A DNA stretch of 24,000 nucleotides from Clostridiales bacterium. GTDB lineage: Bacteria; Bacillota; Clostridia; Christensenellales; CAG-138. Shown piece by piece: positions 16,201 through 22,589 of this stretch (the first letter of the stretch is position 1; each line of letters begins with the position of its first letter). The stretch covers positions 1 through 24,000 of the forward strand of contig SFDB01000002.1 in assembly GCA_004558825.1 (NCBI GenBank), read 5' to 3'. Position numbers and translations under genes: made by a program. The notes below the pieces were generated by a model. That model had not been told where the DNA came from, searched no databases, and saw only the letters and a list, made by a program, of their open reading frames with translations.

Positions 16201-16849
16201 GGAGCATATGAAGTCGGATGAGCTGAAAAAGGAAATAAAAGCGCTTGGCGACATAAACGTAAACGCGATTGAGGAGTATGCGCTTGTCAACGAACGATAC
16301 GCGACTCTCAAAACGCAGTCGGACGATCTTGTGGAAGCAAAGGTCGACCTTGAAAAGCTCATAGAGGAACTGCTCGACACGATGAAATCGGAGTTTACGA
16401 AGCAATTCGCACTTATCCGTGAAAACTTCACTTTGGTTTTTTCGGAGCTTTTTCGGGGCGGTAGGGCGGAGCTTGCGCTTTCGGATGAGAGCGATGTTCT
16501 CAACTGCGATATAGATATAATTGCCCAGCCTCCGGGAAAGAGGCTTCAGCTTATGTCGTTGCTGTCCGGAGGCGAACGCGCTCTTACTGCGATAGCATTG
16601 CTGTTCGCAATACTGCGGCTTAAACCGACCGCGTTTTGCGTACTCGATGAGATAGAAACTTCGCTCGATGAAACAAATGTATCCAACTTTGCGGAGTATC
16701 TCAAAAACTATTCAAAGAGCACCCAATTCATATTGATAACGCACAGAAAAGGCAGCATGGCGGTATGCAATGCGCTTTACGGCGTTGCGATGGAGGAGAA
16801 GGGCGTGTCAAAGATAGCATCGGCAAAATTTGAAGAAGAGGCTGTATAA
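13283..16849 (+). CDS. smc: Chromosome segregation protein SMC
   Basis: 1188 aa. Walker A GPNGSGKSN, long coiled coils, a hinge (GYGRATLLP-type), signature LSGGERALTAIALLFA and Walker B FCVLDEIETSLD. The TTG start lies 6 nt after GGAGAG. Confidence 0.95.
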   Translation: MKLLRLEISGFKSFAKKTVIEFRDGITAIVGPNGSGKSNIADAIRWVLGEQRPKALRGAKMEDVIFNGTEQRKPLAFCEVTLVFDNSDGMLPTDFVEVSVTRRAYRTGEGEYMLNGKQCRLKDVQEIFRDTGIGKEGYSIIGQGKVDEILSNKSSERRMIFEEAAGVMRYRTRKEEAERRLENTEKNLERVRDVLAELEERLEPLERQSTTAKKYLSLREELKKAELNLFLIQYDKLNERISASAAVMEQASNETLDKQNYISNIERECMSAEASERDGNTNINDLQNKLLELTASLEGQAGESKVIKERIANSQAEQARLGDEIKRGEVLLSENAENLNELENEIKSKGDKYAELQKAIEELTVESAALASAAEKAEAMLDAQKQSIIDAMNSLSDAKSRLARFETMKATLNERVEAIDKETLLHDSELEKLQTEFSEADELYEELLDGEKEVKQQKCEAERKREQISAQIALLRENTKKSEHELERKRSRIKVLRELKESHEGFYASVRRLLSDAKADPRLADAIEGAVAELIKVPREYETAIEMALGSALQNIIVPTENDAKLVINHLRSRNYGRATLLPVSAIRPRALTDAEKRFIKMRGCHGIAAELVECAPRYADICSNLLGRTVIVDDLDTGIAISRQVGSSFRIATLKGDIINPGGSMTGGSVQRSEFSLLGREREIDELENGCAADEEKLRAQECSVNEASDALRAAESELAELDSELHEKQVEKASRYEKLDIIKKYIEQSETTRQKLLQERARVVDSIADIENEVAKCEAVTGNIESGNVATKEDIAKTQGELNAKRAEQNELNERITSMKLDAVALERERAAASAQKKRTESEAVAVRERVSKAEAEISRLRALEGELSDMLLTSDAFVNEERKKADDLSDEIKRLSDEQTLIQTHIGELRERRSAAQAELDALLERKHRAEMSMNKSQLELSAMQERIFNDYEMTYENVLPYRRNVSATAEHMKSDELKKEIKALGDINVNAIEEYALVNERYATLKTQSDDLVEAKVDLEKLIEELLDTMKSEFTKQFALIRENFTLVFSELFRGGRAELALSDESDVLNCDIDIIAQPPGKRLQLMSLLSGGERALTAIALLFAILRLKPTAFCVLDEIETSLDETNVSNFAEYLKNYSKSTQFILITHRKGSMAVCNALYGVAMEEKGVSKIASAKFEEEAV

Positions 16850-16859
16850 AGGAGAAAAC

Positions 16860-17774
16860 ATGGAGACAAAAAAAGAAGGCTTTTTTGCCAAACTCAAGCG
16901 CGGTCTTGCAAAAACGCGCGACAATGTTTTCGCGGAGCTTTTTGGGATGGCTCCGAATGAACGCATTGACGATGAGTTTTTTGATGAGCTCGAAGAGGCG
17001 CTTATCATTGCCGATGTTGGAGTTAATACGACCGAAAAGATTATTGAGCGCTTGAGAGATGAACTCAAGCAGGAAAAGATAAAGACGAAATCCGAAGCGA
17101 GGGAAAGCTTAAAGAGAATAATAGCCGACCTTATGCGCGCCGACGATGAGCTCTTTAATGAGGGCGAAGGCGCTGTAATACTTATCGTTGGCGTGAACGG
17201 CGTAGGTAAGACGACATCTATAGGCAAGCTTGCGAAGTATTATAAGGAATGCGGCAAAAAGCCTATGCTGGCCGCCGGAGACACGTTCAGGGCGGCGGCT
17301 GCCGAACAGCTTACCGTGTGGGCCGAGCGTGTGGATGTGCCGATAGTTAAGCATGGCGAGGGGGCGGATCCTGCTGCCGTGGTATTTGACGCGATTGCAT
17401 CGTATAAGGCTAAGGGCAGAGACATGCTTATATGCGACACGGCGGGAAGACTTCACAATAAGAAGAACCTGATGAGCGAGCTGAGCAAGATACGGCGCGT
17501 GATAGACAGGGAATTGCCGAATGCGAAATGCGAGGTGCTTCTCGTTATCGACGCAACGACCGGTCAAAACGCCATCGCTCAGGCGAAAGCATTCGGAGAG
17601 TCGGTAGGACTTACGGGCATAATCGTGACGAAACTCGACGGCACGGCCAAGGGCGGCGTAGCTATAGCCGTGAAGGAAGAGCTTGGCATCCCCGTGCGCT
17701 TCATAGGCGTAGGGGAAGGCGCCGACGATATGCACCCGTTTGATGCGGAACAGTTCGCGGACGCTATAATTTAA
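16860..17774 (+). CDS. ftsY: Signal recognition particle receptor FtsY
   Basis: Start chosen at ATG 16860 (AAGGAG RBS) rather than the track start at 16830. GVNGVGKTTSIGKLA, DTAGRLH and TKLDGTAKGG are SRP GTPase motifs. Confidence 0.95.
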   Translation: METKKEGFFAKLKRGLAKTRDNVFAELFGMAPNERIDDEFFDELEEALIIADVGVNTTEKIIERLRDELKQEKIKTKSEARESLKRIIADLMRADDELFNEGEGAVILIVGVNGVGKTTSIGKLAKYYKECGKKPMLAAGDTFRAAAAEQLTVWAERVDVPIVKHGEGADPAAVVFDAIASYKAKGRDMLICDTAGRLHNKKNLMSELSKIRRVIDRELPNAKCEVLLVIDATTGQNAIAQAKAFGESVGLTGIIVTKLDGTAKGGVAIAVKEELGIPVRFIGVGEGADDMHPFDAEQFADAII

Positions 17775-17796
17775 TTATTCAGCGCATATATAATAC

Positions 17797-17830
17797 AGGC
17801 CGAAGCGAATTTCCCCGTTTCGGCCTTTTG
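17797..17830. terminator. Terminator hairpin between convergent ftsY and the glycosyltransferase gene
   Basis: AGGCCGAA (17797-17804) / TTCGGCCT (17819-17826) followed by TTTTG. Confidence 0.65.
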
Positions 17831-17878
17831 CGTATACCCTTTGTGACTTAACCGCACAGTGAATCAACTATGCCGCGC

Positions 17879-18811
17879 TTAGTCAACGTTAAGCTCTTCA
17901 CCGACTATATACAGCGGCCTGCCTTTAAGCTCGTCGTACATTCTGTTCATGTATGCGCCCTGTATGCCCATGCAGAGCATGATTATGCCGTCAAGAAGGA
18001 CGAGCCCATCGACCGCCCAGAGCCATGCGGGAAATTTGACCGCGCAGCAGCAAAGCACGATTAGCGCGACGAGGCCGAGCCCAGATATCATGCTGAAAAC
18101 CGTGCCCAACGTTCCGACGATCGAGAGCGGCCTGTTGGAAAAGCCCGTTATGCCGTCCATGGCCAGTTTAAGCATTTTTTTGAGTGTATATTTTGTTTTG
18201 CCGGCGTAACGCTCGTGACGGACATACTCAACCGGTACGGATTCGTATCCCATCCAGGCGCTCATGCCGCGCAGAAAGCGGTTATGTTCACGCATTTTGA
18301 GAAACGTGTCGGCGACCTTTCTGTCTATGAGCCTGAAATCGCCGGTGTCGAGAGGTATTGGGTAGGCGCTCATGGAGCTGAGAAGGCGGTAATAGCAGAA
18401 CGCGGTGAATTTCTTCATAAAAGTCTCGCCCTCACGCTTTGCGCGTTTTCCGTAAGCAATATCGGCGCCGCTTTCCCAGGCCTTGACGAGCTCGGGTATG
18501 ACCTCTGGCGGATCCTGAAGGTCGGCGTCGATTATTATAAGCGCATCGCCGCGCGCGATATCCATGCCTGCGGTGACGGCAAGCTGATGACCGAAATTGC
18601 GCGAAAACGAGCGCACTCGCACCTGCTTGTTTTCTTTGGCGATTTGGCGAAGCTGCCTCATTGTATCGTCACGGCTTCCGTCGTTGACGTATATAATCTC
18701 GTAGGGATAGCCGATTTCGCGCATAACGGCGTCCATGCGCTCAAAAGAAACCTGCATCACTTCCTGTTCGTTGAACACAGGAACTATCAGCGAGAGAAAT
18801 TTGTCGGACAT
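17879..18811 (-). CDS. Family 2 glycosyltransferase (polyprenyl-phosphate sugar transferase, GtrB/DPM1/ArnC-like) with C-terminal TM helices
   Basis: 310 aa from ATG 18811 (GGAGG RBS 7 nt upstream). LSLIVPVFNEQE, VNDGSRD and DADLQDPPE are GT2 motifs. Two C-terminal hydrophobic helices are present. The longer track ORF to 19189 has no support. Confidence 0.85.
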   Translation of the reverse strand: MSDKFLSLIVPVFNEQEVMQVSFERMDAVMREIGYPYEIIYVNDGSRDDTMRQLRQIAKENKQVRVRSFSRNFGHQLAVTAGMDIARGDALIIIDADLQDPPEVIPELVKAWESGADIAYGKRAKREGETFMKKFTAFCYYRLLSSMSAYPIPLDTGDFRLIDRKVADTFLKMREHNRFLRGMSAWMGYESVPVEYVRHERYAGKTKYTLKKMLKLAMDGITGFSNRPLSIVGTLGTVFSMISGLGLVALIVLCCCAVKFPAWLWAVDGLVLLDGIIMLCMGIQGAYMNRMYDELKGRPLYIVGEELNVD

Positions 18812-18814
18812 ATT

Positions 18815-18825
18815 ATTGCCTCCGT
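18815..18825. repeat. Left arm of an 11-bp perfect inverted repeat (partner 18938-18948)
   Basis: ATTGCCTCCGT is the reverse complement of ACGGAGGCAAT at 18938-18948. It overlaps the glycosyltransferase RBS. Confidence 0.8.
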
Positions 18826-18844
18826 TTTCGTCTGTGTTATGAAT

Positions 18845-18873
18845 ATTATAGCCGTTAGCACATGCCAAAGCAA
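18845..18873 (-). promoter_or_regulatory. Putative sigma-70-type promoter of the glycosyltransferase gene
   Basis: Minus strand TTGCTT (18873-18868) -17 nt- TATAAT (18850-18845). Confidence 0.5.
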
Positions 18874-18937
18874 CGAAAAAAAGGGGAGGATGCTGACAAA
18901 AAATGAGTGCTTTGCACATAAAAAAGCGAATTGCTGT

Positions 18938-18948
18938 ACGGAGGCAAT
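18938..18948. repeat. Right arm of the 11-bp perfect inverted repeat (partner 18815-18825)
   Basis: ACGGAGGCAAT. Together with its partner it brackets 112 bp that contain the predicted promoter. Confidence 0.8.
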
Positions 18949-19025
18949 GCGGGGCTCTATTTGAGCGAACAGGCGGATATAATATTATAAGCGGCGATTG
19001 TGAGCCGGCTGAACCATTTAGGCGA

Positions 19026-19053
19026 TTGCAAAAAGCGGCTTTAGATGTATAAT
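19026..19053 (+). promoter_or_regulatory. Putative sigma-70-type promoter of fba
   Basis: TTGCAA (19026-19031) -16 nt- TATAAT (19048-19053), 45 nt upstream of ATG 19098. Confidence 0.55.
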
Positions 19054-19097
19054 AAAACAAAAAGGGAGCTGTCGGCGCCCGAATAGGAGGAAAGAAT

Positions 19098-20033
19098 ATG
19101 CCACTTGTAACGAGCACTGAGATGTTTAAGAAAGCGTATGACGGCGGATACGCGATAGGCGCTTTCAATGTGAACAACATGGAGATCATTCAGGGTATAA
19201 CGGAGGCGGCAAAGGAAGAAAATGCCCCGCTGATACTTCAGGTGTCCTCCGGCGCACGCAAGTATGCTAACCATACATACCTGATGAAGCTTATCGAAGC
19301 TGCCGTAATAGAAACGGAGCTGCCGATATGCGTCCATCTTGATCACGGTGATACATTCGAGCTGTGTAAAAGCTGCATTGACGGCGGATTTACCTCCGTA
19401 ATGATCGATGGCTCACATCATCCGTTTGAGGAAAACATACGTTTAACTAAGCAGGTTGTCGAATATGCGCACGATCACGGTGTGGTCGTCGAGGGAGAGC
19501 TTGGAAGGCTTGAAGGCATTGAGGATGACGTAAAGGTTTCGGCGGCCGATGCATCGTATACAGACCCTGATCAGGTGCAGGAATTTGTGGCACGCACGGG
19601 TGTTGACAGCCTTGCCATTGCGATAGGCACGAGCCACGGCGCATATAAGTTTAAGCCCGGAACAAAGCCCCAGCTTCGCTTCGACATACTCGAAGAGGTG
19701 CAGAACCGTCTGCCGGGGTTCCCCATAGTTCTGCATGGCGCAAGCTCCGTAATGCCGGAATTTGTAAGCATGATAAACAAATACGGCGGGGATATGCCCG
19801 ATGCTGTCGGCGTGCCTGAGGATATGCTCAGAAGGGCTGCGTCCATGGCAGTCTGCAAAATAAACATTGACAGCGATCTTAGGCTTGCGATGACGGGAAC
19901 TATACGCAAATACCTTGCCGAGAATCCGTCTCACTTTGATCCGCGTCAGTATCTCAAGCCTGCGCGCGCCGCCATAAAAGAGATGGTACGCCATAAATTG
20001 GTGCATGTGCTCGGCTGCAACGGAAAGGCATAA
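19098..20033 (+). CDS. fba: Class II fructose-1,6-bisphosphate aldolase
   Basis: 311 aa. GAFNVNNMEIIQGI..., VHLDHG, VEGELG and IVLHGASS are class II aldolase motifs. AGGAGG RBS 7 nt upstream. Confidence 0.93.
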   Translation: MPLVTSTEMFKKAYDGGYAIGAFNVNNMEIIQGITEAAKEENAPLILQVSSGARKYANHTYLMKLIEAAVIETELPICVHLDHGDTFELCKSCIDGGFTSVMIDGSHHPFEENIRLTKQVVEYAHDHGVVVEGELGRLEGIEDDVKVSAADASYTDPDQVQEFVARTGVDSLAIAIGTSHGAYKFKPGTKPQLRFDILEEVQNRLPGFPIVLHGASSVMPEFVSMINKYGGDMPDAVGVPEDMLRRAASMAVCKINIDSDLRLAMTGTIRKYLAENPSHFDPRQYLKPARAAIKEMVRHKLVHVLGCNGKA

Positions 20034-20044
20034 CGGAGAACGCG

Positions 20045-20317
20045 ATGGAACAGGAGACTAACAACATCTTGCTTGTCGACAACGACGGGAATGAGATTGA
20101 ATTTGAATACATCGACAGCGTTGAATACGGCGGAAACGAGTATGTTGTGCTTGTTCAGCTCGATGACGATTCCGACGATACGGAGGCGGTTATACTTCGC
20201 GTAGAGAAGGGCGAGGAAGATAAGGAAAGCTATGTCGGCATTGATGACGAAAATGAGCTCAACGCGGTTTTTGCGCTGTTTTTGAAGCAGCAGGAGCAGT
20301 ACGAGGAAGAAGAATAA
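20045..20317 (+). CDS. DUF1292 domain-containing protein
   Basis: 90 aa, acidic. LVDNDGNEIEFEYIDSVEYGGNEYVVLV...AVILRVE...ENELNAVFALF matches the DUF1292 pattern as I recall it. It begins 11 nt after fba. Confidence 0.8.
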   Translation: MEQETNNILLVDNDGNEIEFEYIDSVEYGGNEYVVLVQLDDDSDDTEAVILRVEKGEEDKESYVGIDDENELNAVFALFLKQQEQYEEEE

Positions 20318-20364
20318 GCCGATAAAAGCGATGGCCGCCGAGGAATCCGGCGGCCTTTGAGTGT

Positions 20365-20410
20365 CGAAAAAGTGGCATACTGCCACTTTTTCGAGTTTTT
20401 CTCGTGTTTT
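20365..20410 (+). terminator. Rho-independent terminator of the fba-DUF1292 unit, preceded by a second GC-rich hairpin at 20333-20355
   Basis: A perfect 13-bp stem, CGAAAAAGTGGCA / TGCCACTTTTTCG, with loop TAC is followed by AGTTTTTCTCGTGTTTT. Confidence 0.7.
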
Positions 20411-20507
20411 GCTCTCGCATTCGCTCCCGGGCGGCAAAACCTGCAAAGCACGAAAACCTATGGGTTTTCATCCGTTTTGACGCACATGCCGTCAAAGCGG
20501 AATTAAC

Positions 20508-20529
20508 TTAAGGGGCTGCGGCCCCTTAA
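20508..20529 (-). terminator. Hairpin just downstream of the deacetylase stop (possible terminator, weak U-tract)
   Basis: TTAAGGGGC / GCCCCTTAA, a 9-bp stem with a 4-nt loop, lies 13 nt after the stop at 20542. Two further hairpins follow on the minus-strand transcript. Confidence 0.45.
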
Positions 20530-20541
20530 CAACCCCTGCTT

Positions 20542-21423
20542 TTATTTTGAGAACATTTTTTTCATAAATTCTTCTGTGCTAAGACGTCCGTCGCGGTTGA
20601 ATCGGCCAAGCTCGAAAAGGCTTGACGCGTCGGTGATGATATTCTTTCGTTCACAGCACGTTAGCGTTGCCGAGAAGCCAAGCTCTTTAAGTATCGCTTC
20701 GCTTTCCTTGCAATATGAGCCGTATGGATACGCATATGTGCGCATTGTCAGTCCGCAGTTTGAGCGGACGAGCTCCTGAAGCTTCATTGTGTCAAAAGTT
20801 AAGAGCTTCGAGTACGATTCATAGCTTTCACCGCGCTTTTTATTTGCGCCGAGGCGCGGCGAGCTTTTATGCAGGCAGTATGAGTGACCCATGATTTCCA
20901 CTCGCCCGGACGCTGCGGCCTCCGATATATCGCTCCATGCCATATGCGAATAATTCGGATTTCGATCTTGGTTATCTGTGTATAACTGCGCGTATTCGCC
21001 GACTATTGCGATGCAGGCCTTTGCATCAAGAGATTCGAGTATCGGCAGCAGATAGACGCAATTGTTATAATAACCGTCGTCGAATGACAGCACGACGGGC
21101 TTTTCGGGCAGGTCGCACTTGCCGTTTGCATAATCGGCGAGCTCTGAAACGAACACTGTTGTGTAGCCGTTCTCTTTGAGATATAGTATATCGCTCTTCA
21201 GTGAATCGGGTGTAACGACGTATTTGCCCGTGCGTGACGGATCTTTGAGTATGCTGTGATACATTATTATGTACACGCATTTTTCCTCGGGCTTGGGTTC
21301 CGACATGAATGTATCGATGCTTCCGCCGTTTCCTATCAGCACGAATATTGCGAGAAGTGCGGCGATGTAGCAACAGGTGATGAGGGCATATAAGCGCCTG
21401 CGTTTGAAAAAATCATACTTCAA
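20542..21423 (-). CDS. Polysaccharide deacetylase family protein (CE4, PgdA/CDA1-like), N-terminal TM anchor
   Basis: 293 aa. VVLSFDDGYYN carries the (T/S)FDDG motif, and there is a downstream HSY..H region. The N-terminal helix is LYALITCCYIAALLAIFVLIG. Confidence 0.85.
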   Translation of the reverse strand: MKYDFFKRRRLYALITCCYIAALLAIFVLIGNGGSIDTFMSEPKPEEKCVYIIMYHSILKDPSRTGKYVVTPDSLKSDILYLKENGYTTVFVSELADYANGKCDLPEKPVVLSFDDGYYNNCVYLLPILESLDAKACIAIVGEYAQLYTDNQDRNPNYSHMAWSDISEAAASGRVEIMGHSYCLHKSSPRLGANKKRGESYESYSKLLTFDTMKLQELVRSNCGLTMRTYAYPYGSYCKESEAILKELGFSATLTCCERKNIITDASSLFELGRFNRDGRLSTEEFMKKMFSK

Positions 21424-22535
21424 GGCTGAATCCCCTCCGGTTTAAATCCGTAAACACGTCTGTATTCGCCGCTTTCCTCGTCCTTCACAACAGCCGATTT
21501 GTTCGCTTTGAGCACTTCAACGATACTGTATACGTCTATCCAAATTTGATTGCGGCCCTCTTTCTGTATCTCCTCGAATATGAGCTGGAGACCGAGATGA
21601 AGGTGCGGACGCTGTAGGTTGTTGGTGTTTTCAGTGTTGCTGTATCCGGTGAGCCCCATATAGCCTATTACGTCGCCTGCCGTCACGATGTCGCCCTCCT
21701 TGAGAGACCTGACGTATGGGTGATCCTTTCTCATGTGGGCGTAGTAGTAATAGCGCCTGTTGTCGAAGCTGCGTATGCCTATGCGCCAACCGCCGAATCT
21801 GTTCCATCCCATTTCCTCGACTATTCCGCTCTCTATGGCTATGATAGGTGTCCCGACGCTTCCCATGAGATCGTTGCCTTCATGCTTTCGTTTGTAGCCG
21901 TATGTGCGCTCGTTACCGAAGTCTTTATAATGGCCGTAATTAAATCCTTTTGCGATAGGCGAAAACACTGTAAGCCCATAGCCGCTTTCCCAGTATTTTT
22001 CGCCTGTCGCCTTGTCGATGACCTCAGATTGGTATTCTCCGACAAAACCGCAAAGAACGGCGTCATAAGCTTCAAGATAATAATCGTATGATTTCATGCC
22101 TTGCGTCATGTCGGAGACCTTTTCGCCTGAAGCAAGCCTTTCGGCAAATTCGTCCATGTCCTTTGATGACCGCGCTGTGAACTGACCGCCGCATTTTGAG
22201 GCAGTATATGCCAAAAGCTCTACAAAGTTCAGGTGAACGTCGCTGCAGTATGTGTCGATATCATATTTTATTGCCTTGTTTATAAGCTCGGCATCGGGCG
22301 TGAAGTTGACCCAGCGTATGAAGGTTTTTTCCTCGGGCTCTTTCTTAAACACATCATAAACGCCTATATCGCCGCCGAATGAGATTATGACAGCGGCGGC
22401 GACGATTATGAGCGCGACTATGCAAAGCGATACCTTTATCGCGTGTTTTCGTTTCAAGAATCTCACCTCGATAAACTGTAATGGTTTAATATTATGCCGA
22501 AACCGTTTCATAATTGCTCGCATATATGCAGGCAA
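21420..22535 (-). CDS. M23 family metallopeptidase (peptidoglycan endopeptidase), membrane anchored; start uncertain (TTG 22535, ATG 22523 or ATG 22511)
   Basis: HEGNDL (HxxxD) and HLHLGL (HxH) motifs, plus GDVIGYMGLTGYS. TM helix VSLCIVALIIVAAAVII. A 4-nt overlap with the downstream deacetylase gene. Confidence 0.85.
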   Translation of the reverse strand: MPAYMRAIMKRFRHNIKPLQFIEVRFLKRKHAIKVSLCIVALIIVAAAVIISFGGDIGVYDVFKKEPEEKTFIRWVNFTPDAELINKAIKYDIDTYCSDVHLNFVELLAYTASKCGGQFTARSSKDMDEFAERLASGEKVSDMTQGMKSYDYYLEAYDAVLCGFVGEYQSEVIDKATGEKYWESGYGLTVFSPIAKGFNYGHYKDFGNERTYGYKRKHEGNDLMGSVGTPIIAIESGIVEEMGWNRFGGWRIGIRSFDNRRYYYYAHMRKDHPYVRSLKEGDIVTAGDVIGYMGLTGYSNTENTNNLQRPHLHLGLQLIFEEIQKEGRNQIWIDVYSIVEVLKANKSAVVKDEESGEYRRVYGFKPEGIQP

Positions 22536-22589
22536 AACAAATAAGACATTCGGAGACGTATTTTCTGAATGCCGTAGAAGACGTTTCTG

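Noticed and set aside
13479-16503. Many long antisense or off-frame ORFs inside smc (for example 15007..15672, 15488..16075, 15682..16140, 16144..16503 on the minus strand)
   Set aside because: They are Ser/Ala/Leu/Arg-rich, low-complexity translations with no RBS. They are fully embedded in a gene with unambiguous SMC motifs, so they are typical shadow ORFs of a coiled-coil-encoding sequence.
18215-18964. 249-aa plus-strand ORF antisense to the glycosyltransferase, including a 24-aa Cys-rich tail preceded by GGAGG
   Set aside because: It is antisense to a well-supported GT2 gene. The GGAGG abuts the internal ATG with zero spacing, so it cannot act as a functional SD for the small ORF.
18812-19189. 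N-terminal extension of the glycosyltransferase ORF (track ORF 17879..19189, 436 aa)
   Set aside because: The extra 126 codons run through the divergent promoter region and antisense into fba. They look non-protein-like. A GGAGG RBS plus ATG at 18811 gives a canonical 310-aa GT2 protein starting MSDKFLSLIVPVFNE.
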